Shown here: piece after piece, positions 40,221-54,029 of the stretch | Numbering within the stretch: the first letter of the stretch is position 1 | Layout of the letters: each line of letters begins with the position of its first letter | Origin: Girardia tigrina | Taxonomy: Eukaryota | Assembly: GCA_001938485.1 (NCBI GenBank) | Contig: MQRK01233013.1 | Coordinates: 12,265-72,931 of the forward strand | DNA: 60,667 bases | Direction: 5' to 3' | Translations under genes and position numbers: made by a program | Notes under the pieces: model-generated | The model's database searches: none | What the model was told of the DNA's origin: nothing | What the model saw: the letters and a program-made list of their open reading frames with translations, nothing else

Positions 40221-42699
40221 GTGATAAATATTCACGCTGTCTAACTGTGTTTACTTGTGTCAACAGGCCTTAAAGAAAGTCGATGATACACGTTCACCAG
40301 CCCGATTTAGTGTATCAAATCAAATTGAGCTAAATGTATCAATATGGAAAAATTAATTCAAATATTGAACTCAAATATAATCCTGAAATTACAATTATAA
40401 TGATCATATTTTGTGTATTATGTTGTCATAAAAACTGAATAAGTCAAATTGAAAATTTTGTTTCAATCATTCTTAATCACTATTGCATTCGAGCACTTTT
40501 ATAAAATGAGTAGCATTTTAACAAATGATGACAGAATTCCCCCCTCCCTTAAAATTTAGGCAGTCCTTTTTATTCATTACTCATGACTACGCCCCTGCGT
40601 CACAGGTACATATTTTGGCTTTGTTTTTTAAAGAAATGTTAATTTTGTTTGTAAAGTTCTAAAATAATTACGTTTTTTATAATTTTTTTCACAAACTTGT
40701 CAATTCGATGCGACGTCACATTTTACAAATCCAACCTTTCCTCTTCGTCACAAAATTCTGCGGCCCTCCCCTCCCACTCCTTTGTGACGTCGTTTATGGA
40801 CAGCCCCTTATATTCTGGTGAATTAAATTATTAATCAATGACCTGATAAAAAACTGATAAATTTTTAATAGATGTGACCCGCATAAATCAACCAACATTA
40901 AAATATCCTAAAGAATACAGTAACGTCCAAATTGATGTGGTTTATACCAGCAAACGGATCTTCAGCAACAACCCTGACACTTGGAAGAACGCTTTCTATG
41001 GAACTGGACCTCGAGAATTGTAACGAGTAATATGGAGAAATGGAATTATTTTCTGAGGACATGCAATACAAAGCTGTAGATAAAATTGATAAGTTCTTCG
41101 TGATTTTCTTCAGTTTCTGAAAGGGCAAACCGTTTTTGAAATCTTTCAGTATATCTGACAAAATATATAATGTTCGACTCAGAAAGGCGATTGCCGTTAA
41201 GCGATGAGATCTTGTAAGTTTCGTTTAACTTTGCAGCTCGTAGTGACACATAAATAGGGTGGTAGTGACATAGAGGGGTAGATTCTATTTCCATTGTAAT
41301 AAAAGTTTGAATTCGTGAAAGGCTTTTTCCTATAAATTCCAATTCGGTTATTTGGAATAAAATATTTTGTCAATGTGTTTCGCAAATGTATCCGTCCAAT
41401 GTAAATTAAAAGAATGCGAATTTATTATTATTTCCTACAACTAAATCTTCAACCGACTTATTAACTGATCTCATGGTGAAATTATACAAAATATAAATGA
41501 CAATGAATGTACATGATTCTTTTCGCATGAAATTTTTGTTGGTTTGGTGAATGCGCTTTTAATGAGAATAGGGAACATATAAAATCAGTGTTTTGGAGCA
41601 AACAAAATACATCGCAACTCAATAATTGTATGAGTTACGAGGAATTCTAACCTTAAACCCTTTTCAATCGCAGACATGACAACGACCCATTCTTACATGA
41701 ATGTGCTGCACGCAACATTTATATTACACAAGCTACAGCTACTTTATTTCTATCATTTTCCACAAGATTGTGTTTCACTTCATTTAGCGATTACAATAGA
41801 GAGCTTCTCAATGCCATCTTCTTCAATCGGTTCTGTGGAAAATTTGACCCAATCGACTAACCTTAGAGAAGCCTAGATCTAAGCTTTTCAGACAATTCTT
41901 TATGGGGATGATTAGGCCTTAAGTTCTGTCCTTATTTCGTTATACTGTAAATAAACTGAAATATGTTATCAAACATGAAAATACTCGATGAAAAACTTGA
42001 CGTTGAAATCCATTCACAATCGTACGTTAAGACCCTTGTAATTATGCACTGCATATGATGGACATCAGGTTGAGCCATTTGATCGTTGACCAGATACTCT
42101 TAATAACATATAAATTACGTCTGAGTAGAATTCGTTTATGGTGGGAAAAAGTCGTCAAAATTTATGAGCCATACTGCAAAAGTTTATGGTGATGCTGACT
42201 AATAAATGTTTGAATATACGATTTTATTTATTTGTCAATTTATTTATTAAACATTGTTTTCTTAAGTATTTGTCCACTAAAGTAAGTAAACCATGCCACT
42301 GTTTTTTATTCAACTTTTTGATGCAAGCCATGGCTGCTCGGAAAACCAAGATTGATTAATTCTGAAAGGCAGCGACGCGCATATGATTGCATTTTAATAT
42401 TAATTAGTATCATTGTTTTAATAATCTGATCTTAGGTGACCTCACCAAAACACTATTTCAAACAGCGAATTTTAATCTCGTGATTTTAACCAAAATGGAA
42501 TCGGTAAACATTTAAAATATGTTATGATAAATATTATTTGAGGATTTAATTATTATATAATTTATTATTTAATTATTTTTTCCTGACGATTTATTTGGAG
42601 AAAGTTTTCATTAGACGACTCAGCGAATATTTGGGGGTATTAACGAGGATAAAACAGGATGGAATTAATTTAATTTAAAAATTATTTGAAAATGAATCA

Positions 42700-42791
42700 A
42701 TAATGTGAGACTTTTAAAATACTTTTTAATAAATGATCAATTTTTGTATTTACCTTTATCTTTTTTCCTTTATTTGGCGAAGATCTTCATT

Positions 42792-42852
<61 letters not shown>

Positions 42853-45060
42853 NNNNNNNNNNNNNNNNNNNNNNNNNNNNNNNNNNNNNNNNNNNNNNNN
42901 NNATAAACTCGACTTCTGATAAGACTTCTGTCCAATCTTTATGATCTCCATCCTTCATTCTAATATTCAAAGCATCTCTGATCGTGCGAAACTGTCTTTC
43001 CACGATTCCCTTTGTGTTATGATGATATGGACTCGAATAAAACACCTCAATTTTAAATTTTTTCGTCATGTCCTTGAACAAAGCCGATTCAAATGTTTTT
43101 CCTCTGTCTACGTGGATTTCTTTTGTTTTGGTTGTTAATGTCTTCCTTTTCTGACAATTTATGCAACTTTGAACTATTTTTTTTTATAAATTCTCTAATA
43201 TTTTCCATGTCGAAATTATCTCGGAGGTAGTTATAGATCTTTTTACAACCTGCATGACACAACAATTTGTGTATTTCTTCAATAAAATTTGCTCGTTCTG
43301 CCTTTGGAATCCAGTATTTATTATCTTGATTTATGACGATATCATTCTTTAATGCCAATTTTTTGTTCTACCTTTACTTATGTCCTCGATTATTTGTTTT
43401 ATTTCATTAATATTCTTCTCCCATTTAATACCATCTGATTCTTCACTTAATGCTAGTATTCTTGTTTGAATCTTTCCTTTCTTGGCCTCTTCATGCATTG
43501 TTTGACACTGATTGCATAGTTCGCACGAATTTCTTGACATTGTATCAGCGTTTAAATGTTTTTCACCTTTTCGATATTCCATTTTCATGTCAAGACTACT
43601 CAGAAAATTTATCCATGTTTGGAACTGTGGTATGATAGAGTTCTTTGTAGTCATCATAAATGTAATAGCTTTAAGATCTATTCGCAACAAAAATCTTTTT
43701 CCATACAAGAAATATTTAAAATGCTGTGTGAAATAATAAATTGCAAGTAGTTCTTTCCTTGTAATGCAATAGCCTAGTTCATGTTCATTCATTTTATGTG
43801 ATCCATTCGCAATCACCCTTTCTCTTTCAAATTCGTCTTTCTGTGATAACACTGCCCCTATCGTATCAAAACTTGCATATGTATCAAGTATGAAGTCTTT
43901 GGTAAAATCAGGGTATGCCAAAATTGGAGTTTTAATCATTCTTTCTTTTAGTTTTAAATCTAAAAGAAAGTCCAAATCAGTTTCTTATCCTTATTTTTAC
44001 TTTATAAGCCTTCCAATACTTTTGCATATCTTGCGTAATCCTTTATAAATTTTCTGTAGTAATTTGTCAAACCCAAAATGCTCGTAAATGTTTAATGCAT
44101 GATGGACTTTGAAACTTGCTTATCGTGTTAATCTTTGATTTATCTGTTTCAATACCATCTTTAAGTATGATATATCCTAAGAATTTAGTCTTTTCTAATA
44201 AAAATTGACATTTATTCTCAAAGCTGATTGTTTAATCTTCTCAAATACGTTATTTACTCTTTGAAGATGTTCTAATTATACTTGATGGTAAGCGTTTCCC
44301 AAATCGATAGTACTAAAGTATTTTACCTCATTTCGTGTATTCAACATATCGTCTACATTTGTCATTGGAAACGCTGGTCAGCTGGTTATTTTATTTAACT
44401 GACGAAAGTCTACACATACTCGAATATCTTGTTTTTACTTCTTGCACACACATACTACAGGAAAGTTCCAAGGAGAACAACACTGTTCGATAATGTCGTT
44501 TGCTTCAAAATGTTTTATAATATCATCTAGTTTCTCTTCAAAATGTTTCAGTTATCTATATGGTTTTACGAGTACTGGTTCTCCATGTGTTTCTATCTTG
44601 TGTTTGGTTAACGAAGTTTTTCCAATATCCCATTTATCAGCCATTAATATTGATCTGTACTTTGTTAAAAGTACCATTAGCTCATTTTCACTTGTAGTAT
44701 TGTACAATTCTCTTATTCTTTTCAATCTATCTTCATCAGAAGGGCTATCTCTAATAGCCAATATGCTATCGATATTTGATACTTCTTTCTTCAATTTTAT
44801 TCCAAATTTATCCAAAAATCTATACCAGCAATCATTTCTGGATCTATTTCTTTGACAACATAAAATTCTATTGTTTTCTGTACCCTTTCTATTATTATCT
44901 TTAATTGTACAGTTCCATAGTTTACAAGTTCTAAGTCATTCGCACAGTGAATATGCTTTCTTAACTCTCTAATCTGAATCTTTTCCATACCTTTGATTAA
45001 ATCCGCTTTAATGATATTCACTCGGGCTCCTGTATCTAAAAGGCACTGAATATATCTATA
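42700..45060 (-). mobile_element. Ty3/Gypsy pol (PR-RT-RH-IN), decayed
   Basis: LLDTGARV, SPWNFPVV, RVCVDFRQLN, PILAYPDFTKDFILDT..GAVLSQ, ITRKELLA, HKLLCHAG, SSPYHH..VERQFRT. Confidence 0.92.
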
Positions 45061-46689
45061 GCACTTTAATTTTATTTCGAATGATTGAATTGTAAGAGAG
45101 TGTCGTTGTTAAGTTTTTAATTTTCGGAAATAATAATTTTGGTTTTTAAAAATTTCGAATTATAATCCAAATTAAAAAAATAATGGAAAATAGAATTTAA
45201 AAAAAGAAAAGAAAAAAATTTGTTTAAATAACAAATTTAACCTGTTATAGATTAATAAATTTTGCAAGTTTTAATTTATATTTGATTTAGAATGGAAGAT
45301 AATTCCCAACTTAACATGAATCATACAAATTTTATAAATGTAAATAATATTCAATATTTTTTTGTTATTTTCAAAAAAGAATTCACTGAGAAATGTCTAA
45401 ATTAGTCGGACCGTGAATTTTTCTTAATAATAAATCGAAAGACACGCGAAATTTAAAATCAAATTAATTAATTTAATTAATTTACAACAAAAAGAAAACG
45501 AATTGTTTAAATGAACTAGCGGCAGAATTATGGCAACACCGCAAATCAAAACAGAACCGGAGCAACAAATACCCACAATCGAAGCGATGTTCATGTCTTA
45601 TATTATTTATTGTATTCGGTTCACACATTCTTTTGATTTCAAGCAAATGAGGACTGTATCCGAGCCCACTACAATACCTTAGTAGTGTATTTTGTTGTCC
45701 GCTTTATTTTATTTTATACATAGTGATTTTTTATTTTTCCGAATAAAAAAATAAAGGAAACAGTTAAAATTAAAATTTGCTCAAAGGAAGATGGAAGGTA
45801 GACAGAAAAGAAAAATGACTATAAAATTATTTATTCCATAGCAATACATTCAATAATAAATTTCTTATTTCTTTATTACTAATTTCTTGGTCAAAGAGAG
45901 TATTGATAAACGGTATTATCATCCAGATCAGTAAGCTCCTTTTTACCAACAACAACAAATCATATATTACTTTTTCATCGCATCATGTGCCTGATCGAAT
46001 GGGCGAGAGTGATCTGAAAATACTATTTCAACCGATCCATTTTAAAGTAGGCTTTTTCTGAAATTGTTCCATCTTATGTAAAAGGAAAAATCAACAAGTG
46101 AGAATGGAAGGAGTAGTGTTAATGAGTAAGAACCTTCGAGTGATGCAAATCGGAGGATATTGTAAAAGAATGCCACCAGAATCATTATTGAATCTATATC
46201 ATAACGCAATATTCTATTTTTTTTCGTGAACAATGATAATTATATATTATTAATAAATTACTAATCTCAATTCAGTCAAGATTAAATTTTATGTTTTTTT
46301 TTAAAAAAATAGAACATAGACGACTCTGATTTATTATTTATGTCTATTTTTGTCAATTATTTGTCAAAGGTCAAAACGAATCCTTACTTGGATCCCCTTA
46401 TTGTTCATATGATTTGATCAAAATTCAGTATTGTTTCACATTAGTCTCGGTTGATTCAATTGAAATAAGCATAAATTATGTTTGGTTGACATTTTTTTGA
46501 TAAATGTGAGGAGTAATTCAAGATGGGGTCTGTTTTCTTTGATGTGTCCTTCTACAATTTGTTTTATCATTACTTGTTTTTCTTTTATTTTTATTGTTTC
46601 TTTGATAAAACTTTCTATTTATATTTATCTAAAAATTTTCTTTTTCTTTCCTACCTTTCTATTGTAATAATATTTCAGATATAAAATGC

Positions 46690-47420
46690 TTTGTGGTACA
46701 TCCTTTTTAGAAGTCAATTTGAGCCAAGTAATGATTGTACAATTAGTGGGATCAAATAACTATGTGTTTTTGGTTGATTGATTAGTGCGTTGTCATACAT
46801 AAAATACAGGATTTGGTTTCTATACTTCTGAGTCAAATCTCTCACATTATTGATCACTGTACAGTAGTAGTGAGAGTCGATGATACCCTGCGTGAAGTCA
46901 CGCTGAATCCCTCACTCGATCTGTTCAAAAATATTGAACATATTACATGTACCTAAATTGGGTATCTTTACTGCTGAATGTCACTTGCAAACACCCATCC
47001 ACGAGACTTATGCTTCTTGTATTGAACATAAAGACTCAGCATTCTTTAATACTTTGTCATAATATTTTTAAAAAATAAGACTGAAGAGCATTAGAAAAGG
47101 CCAGGTTTTATTAATGTGTTCGTATTTGTTTTTCTCACACCTCAGCATTCACGAAGTGCGGGACTAACCAATGTAAATAATTCTATATATTATGTTCTAC
47201 ACAGTCTTTTCACATACATTGAGTATCCATGAAAGGTCAGTCTGATAGTCTGATTTCCCTTCGACCATTCCATAAAGTTGTTCACATCTTTCTTTATGAA
47301 ACACACCGTTCTTGCCAGAGGAAACTATCTACTCTAGGTGTATATAGAATTTTTCTGTGATGCTCCACTTCCACATGTTTCCGGCAGCTGATGCAGGATT
47401 TTATTCTTGTTCGTCTGCCT
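46690..47420 (-). mobile_element. Non-LTR retrotransposon RT remnant
   Basis: GIQRDFTQG..ILYFMYD resembles decayed RT motifs QG..S and (Y/F)MDD. Confidence 0.4.
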
Positions 47421-47592
47421 CCACAGTCGGCTGATTTAATGTTTTTTTTATAAAAATTAACAAGTAATGAAAAACCATCAAAAATTTAATCAAATTCAAA
47501 ATTATTTATACACGTATATTAAAATTTCATCAATTTACAATTTTATTGCTTAATGAGGCTAAGAAGTTTTTAATAAAAATAATTTATTCCCA

Positions 47593-47700
47593 ATGGAGCG
47601 TTCCCTATCTCCATTATGGTAACTAGCCTTAGACTCTTTAAAAGGTTCATCAAAGTGAAGAGTCTTTCAGTCTCCAATAGATCTCCTATTAGAACGACAG
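47593..47700 (-). repeat. Structured terminus, diverged copy 2 of 3
   Basis: Aligns to 22002-22108 and 59037-59138 with the same stem order. Confidence 0.5.
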
Positions 47701-48284
47701 ACATTTGCTTGAGTGCTAGACAAGATCAACCCAAGTCATTATGTGCATGACTGACCCTAACTTCAGCTGTGTTTGTCGGATTTACAGAAACAGATATCTG
47801 AGCATTTTTTCAACATTTATAACTGAAATCTGAACTTCATTTATGTTTTCGTATTCCTTTCAATCGTTTCTATCTCAGCGACATTCGTGCACTCTTTTGT
47901 GATCTAATTTCTCATAGATTATATTCATTATATTCATTTCCAGACATCTGCTCTGTGTGATTTTGAGCTAAGATGAGATTGAAAACCTTTGGCCTGGCTC
48001 TGATGATGGGCGGTCCCATATCTTCTATTATCAATTTTATTGACAAATAAAAGTGATTAGTGATAAATTGTATTTTTCACGAATACCACTTCAATCGTAC
48101 TTTTTAACACATTTTAACATCTTTTTAATTAATTTGAAGTTTTTTTCTGTATACATATCTGTGTGTTTAGGGTTCATCTAAAGATACGACAAATAATATA
48201 TTCTTCTCCATTGCTTGTATATCTTCTATTGATAATTGATATATAATTTCAGTATTAACATTTTTATTATATTTTATATTTTAG

Positions 48285-48527
48285 AATGCACTTTGCGATT
48301 GTCAAGCTACTGTAGACGAATATATTGAACTTGTCCTGAAATATGTGGCTGATAATGAAGCTCCGAGTGATTCAGAAGTGCGTCGTATTATCGTAAAATT
48401 GGAATCCTTCGACCATGAAACGAGGCATTTTGCGAGTTGTGCAATTCTTCAATCAAAGATCATTTCATCGGTCAACACCTATAAGCGTCAAGTTCCTTAC
48501 GACCTCGAAACACTCAAAATTATTCAG
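48285..48527 (+). CDS. Phase-0 exon, CxC..HFxxC repeat 3
   Basis: ttttag|AAT..CAG|gtttga; 81 open codons: NALCDC..FDHETRHFASC.. Confidence 0.7.
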
Positions 48528-49509
48528 GTTTGATTCAAAATAATTCTGTAGCTTGAAATATTGAATGATTTATTTTTATTAGGATTTTTGTAATAAGTTT
48601 TCACTTTTATTCAATCTGCAAATAATATAAAATTAAAAACCCTTTTGTATTTCTGAGGAATATTTTACATTCTATGAATGTATTAATAATGCATGTTGAA
48701 CTTAGAATGGTGATTCTCCACCCAGATGGAAATTGGTATTTTTTATATTCACTATTCGAGCATAATTAAAATAATAATTTCATATTTTTTATAATTTTAA
48801 TAAGTTTATATGTGTTTAAAATTAACAATTAAAATCAAATTTAATATTTTTTAAAAAAGAAAAACATTTAATTACATATAAATAAAACTAATAAAATTTA
48901 AATTAAATTCATTTTTAACAATTTTTGATAACATTTTTATTATTTTGAGTTTTCATAAATAAATAGCTAAAATTATTATTTTTAATTAATACTTTTATAA
49001 ATTAAATATTTTAAAAAGATTTAGAAAATTTTTCGAATAGTCATTATTAAAAAGAGAAATAAAAAACCAATTAAATTGATATCAAACGGTGAACGATGTT
49101 CCGAGAGTTGTGACGAATCTTAATATGATAATAACAAATATTCAAATAATAATTTTTTCAATGTTCTTAACAGTATTGATTACGGATTTTCTCACGGATT
49201 GAAACAGCCATGTAAAACTTGAAACAGTTTGAGAAATAGGAAGAAATTAAGTAACCTAAAATTATATTATTGGTAGTAAAAAAATTTTCGGTCGTTTAAT
49301 AGTGGCTAAAAGTGCATTTCTTTAAAGAAAATGAATGAACGGATTGATCAAGGGAAAAGATTGATTGTCTATCTCTGGCTTCTTCTTTTTCAACTCAATA
49401 TCGAAAAGGGGTTTCGTCTTTTGAGAGGATTCATGTACGGAATAACAAGTCAATTTCTGCAAGTGTAAAACGGTTACCTGCCAACCAAAACGTTCATAAG
49501 TAGAAGCGC

Positions 49510-49830
49510 CAAATCGTAGCAGCACATAATATACCAATATCTTTTGATTCCACTAGATAATAAGCATTACATTCGAACCATAAATATTCAGCTTTGCAGT
49601 TGATGACAACGCTAGACTGACTATAACGTAGTATTTTTCTCAGAGTTATCATAGAATATTCATTTTTCATCCATAGTTACAATCCGATGTACAAAATATT
49701 TTTATCTTCCCTTTGAAATAGACGCTCTCCAGTGAAACATTGCCGTTCAGCGTCACTCTATTTCAGTTCATAAATAATTATTCTCCAGGATTTAGATCAA
49801 ACATAAACTATTAATTGTTAAAATCTCAAT
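49510..49830 (-). mobile_element. mariner remnant
   Basis: IVTMDEK*IFYDN..STAKLNIYGSNVML..WNQK..VYY. Confidence 0.7.
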
Positions 49831-50307
49831 AGTTTAAAAACTTAATGTTCAACGAGCACCTGGGACACATGTAATCCCTTTGACAACGCTCCTTTTTTCA
49901 TGTAACTCCCCAACTGTCCATCAAAGCGAGTCCGGTCTGATACTGGGATAAATGACTCGCAATGATGGTTTTCGGTACCAGATGCCATCCATGTGTCATT
50001 GCTTCCATGGAAACCTGACCGATACCGAAATAATGTCCATAATTTTTTAATCCGAGCGGTGTATCCATCTCATCACCATGGTATATCCATGAAGCCGCTT
50101 CTTAAAACAATTGGAATTTTCCGAAAAAATGAAATTTAATTATTATTTTTTTGACATGAACCATTTGGGATGATTACAACAATTTTTGATCGCTATCGGT
50201 TCGATAGTTTTAGAGACTATAAAGCACATAATCATACATTCGCTGATATATATATATATATATATATGTATATAGACTATGCAATGAAAGATGTAATGTA
50301 ATAAATT

Positions 50308-50472
50308 GAAAACTGTCACCAGGTTACTTTAAAGAGTTTACTGAATAATAATGGCGAAGGGTTACGTGAACATCTTAACAGTCATTCACAATTATTGTTA
50401 TTATTCATTTCTATGTCCGATAGTTTTTTCAATCATTTTCCTGACCACGTCTCGTACTTGCTTACTGAGATA
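50308..50472 (+). CDS. Exon remnant, DH-like C-terminal helices
   Basis: Open frame ENCHQVTLKSLL..QLLLLFISMSDSFFNHFPDHVSYLLTEI|gtaag; the 5' side is disrupted. Confidence 0.4.
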
Positions 50473-51434
50473 GTAAGATATATTTTCCAATGTACCTGGC
50501 TTCTCACGTCCATAAGAATCATATTTCTGGTGAGTATAGAATTAAAAAAAATTTATTTTATTTTACGGAGTGTTACTTGTAGTATTAATGGATCTTGTTC
50601 TGTCTTTCTGCCATGAAAATTATTAACAATACAATAAGAATAGTATTCTATTCAATACAATAAGAATAAGAATTCTAAATTGAAAATGTCTAAAATATTT
50701 GATTTCATTAGAACTCTTTATTTAGAAATAATTTAAAATTTTCTACAAAAATTGCTTTAATGTTTTTATAATTTTTGGCAGCCGTAAAAGTAATTAGAAT
50801 ATTTATCCATCTATCAGACATCAAAGTGGGCAAGGCTCCATCTAAAGCTAAAACAAAACATATAATACTCACTTCAAATATTTTCTGAAAACAGTTCCAT
50901 TTATATAGTAGACGTAATGGAAATTTATACTCGAATTATAAAACTGTTTGAAATTCGTTTCTATCAGTGTTGGGTTATGTCCAGTTGAGGCAAATAGGCC
51001 GTCAAAACTATATTTTGCAAATTTAACCGTCAAGTACTTCCTTAGTCTCTGTGAGTAGTTAAACCTATTTTTCATTTCTCTGTCAATCGCGCAGCCACTA
51101 GTAACGTAAATGTTGGTATGTCGTAATCAGACACCAATATCGTGCGATTTTCATCGGCGTCGGCGCTTCGGGTGGTTTTTACTGGCTGCAGCATGGTGAA
51201 TTGGGATCTGTTGTAATATACAACTTTAGTGGTTGAATTCTATAAGGATGTCATTGTTAGAAGTTAAAAAGAGTCAATCATAAACGAATACGAGTAACAT
51301 GTTGGCCGTTGAGTTTTGATCACGAATCATTTGAATTTTAAAATGTTTGTTTTTCTATCAACTGTCATTGTTAACTTGCTAATATTTCTAATTTGTAACA
51401 CAAAGTAGGCAACTGTGATAAAAAGATAAATGTA

Positions 51435-52861
51435 CAGGGTTTTTCAATTAAAATCAGAAATGTTTCAATTAAAATCAGAACTTATTTTAAAGATAATTAA
51501 ACTTTAATATTGTTAAAAAATATAAACGTTATAACAACAATATATTCAACATTAATGATACAGTAATTTAAAAATATTTCTTCTTCCTAAGTTTTATTTA
51601 ATCAAAATTCTTCACGTCTCATTGCATTTAAAGCATAACGACAAGTATCATTAAAAAACCCAAAACAATCTTCTGATGTGATTGAATCTTTCCCTGTTTG
51701 AATAACTTCCATCAATTCACTTGCACATACAACATTTTTAGATTTGATTCCATTTTGAAAAGCATTCTTCAATCGGATTTAATTGTGGAGAATACGGCGG
51801 AAGGAATTTTAAAACATGTCCAGCATTCGTAATTGCTTCACAAACTCCACCAACTTTGTGTATTGCGCAATTATCCATTATAATAACCGTTTTTCATAGT
51901 TATTGTCCGCCAAGAAAGAAAGCAGCCTGTTTATAAACGAAATAAAAGTGTTTCCATTATTAGAGCCTTCCAATACTTCATATTTTAACAACCCCGTTTT
52001 ACAAATAGCCGCCGAAATTGAAAAGTTTTTACTGCGAATTGTTCCAACTATTTTCTTAGTAGGCGTTCTTAGCTGGCTTCGTCATAAGATTTTCTCATTG
52101 AACAATTAACACCCGCTTCATCCAAAAAAATAATATCTTCTTCATTTAAAGACAAGTAGTAATTTGCAAACTCAAATCGTGATGCTATACACGATGCTGT
52201 ATTTCGAGATTCTGGGACAATACTTACGCGTTTCAAAGAAAAATTAAATGCTTTTATTGAACGATAAATTGTAGATTTTGAAGCAATAATGTTTTTTTCC
52301 AACGCCAAGTCCTTTTTTAACAATCCAAGTGTTATCAAACAATCAGTTTCGATTTCATTTTTAATAAAATCCACATGTTCATGGTTAAGAATTGGAGTTT
52401 TATAACCACGGGCTGGTAGTGAATTTATTCTACCACTGGCTTAAATTTTCAGAACACTAAAGACAGTTTTATAGTTCACATCGAGCTCACTTGAAATCGT
52501 TTTAAGTGTTTTTCCAGCGTCGTATTTACTGCATATCAATTCGCTTTCACGATTCAAAAGCTGTTTTGTTATTTCGATTAAAACCATGGGCTTAGATTTT
52601 ATTTTGTTATACGAATTATACATGTAAAAATAAATCTAGACGAACAATTTTTCAAGATGTCTTTCAATAATTGCTTTCATAAATAACATTTATAAATTAA
52701 ACGATTAATTTATTTCAAAATTTAATTAAATGATTTGATTTTGATTTCCACATTCTGATGTTAATTGAAACGTTTCTGATTTTATTCGAAACACTTCTGA
52801 TTTTAATTCAAACACTTCTGATTTTAATTCAAACACTTCTGATTTTAATTGAAAAACCCTG
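51435..52861 (-). mobile_element. Tc1/IS630-like transposon with subterminal 21-bp repeats
   Basis: TIR CAGGGTTTTTCAATTAAAATCAGAA; IIFLDEAG, IMDNCAIH, FLPPYSPQLNPIE; (TTCTGATTTTAATTCAAACAC)n at 52754-52850. Confidence 0.93.
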
Positions 52862-53026
52862 TGTAGTAGTATTGTCTATTGGGTAATTCGACTCTGGTTT
52901 CTAATGTCAATTTTTCTAACTTGAAAAACTAAAATAATTTCAGTATATATTATACAATTTCTTAATAGTTTAAGTCATTGTCACTTCATTAAAAAATAGT
53001 ATATATTTAAGAAATCTTAATTTCAG

Positions 53027-53191
53027 CAAGTCTCATGCGATTGTGAAATCCGAATTCAAGACTTAATAACAGATACAGTGAACTATATCAGCTCCAAAAA
53101 TAAAAGCAAAAGTCAAATTCAAAAATTAACAACTGAAATTGGAAGATTTAGCAAAAAGAGTCGTCACTTCGAGGACTGCAAAGTGGGCTAG
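53027..53191 (+). CDS. Phase-0 exon, CxC..HFxxC repeat 4 (probably terminal)
   Basis: tttcag|CAA..; QVSCDC..FSKKSRHFEDCKVG*. Absent from the ORF track. Confidence 0.65.
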   Translation, partial: QVSCDCEIRIQDLITDTVNYISSKNKSKSQIQKLTTEIGRFSKKSRHFEDCKVG

Positions 53192-54029
53192 TCTAGAAAG
53201 TGATAATATTACCTTACCAGCCCAACAAGATTTGATCACATCCTGAGTCTTCCTTTCAATTAAAATTATAAATTGATAACATTTGACAATTAATTTTATA
53301 TTAATATTATATACAACCTAATTTTTAAATGCACTATTTTATTTATTATTCATAAAATATTAAACTATTTTTCTAAAGTAATATCTTTGAGAGCAATAAA
53401 GAATGATAATCTTTATAACTATTATTCTTTTTACCACAGTAATAGGGGTTCAGCTTCTCCTTATTGTACAAATAAGAGCATGAGCTTCATTAACATAGAT
53501 GTTTTATATCTTAGACTCTGAAAGCGGTAGAAACCATAAAATATATAAGAGTATATTCTCCTCTTTCAAGATTTAAGATATAGGAGAGTGAATTTTCATA
53601 GGACAAGCATTCTTTGGCTCTCATCTTAAAAATGACCACTTTTACTTTGTAAAGCCCCAGCTGTAAAAAACTTTTAGTTTAATTAGAAAAGCTGCAGTTG
53701 AAAAACACTTTTAATTTTATTTTCCAGCTTGAATACTAACACCTTTCTCGGGATTACTCATTGGTTACTTATGTCTGTGTTACAGACATTATATACGAAC
53801 ACATTCAAAGTATCTGTCTTTTTATTTTGATTTTTTTTGTTTCATTAAGTGATCGCCGTAATTATCCATACCTTCTGTAACTTTGTGATAAATCTTTCTG
53901 AGACCACAATGAGATCATCCACCTTGTCGTTGAATTAATATTGCACACTGACGCTAGTTTTGACACGTTTGGAATGATACTATTTTTTGAGAATTTGCCA
54001 CTATTATAGATTTTTATTAAAAGATATAA

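Noticed and set aside
52754-52850. 21-bp tandem repeat array
   Set aside because: Subterminal repeats of the Tc1/IS630-like element; no spacers.
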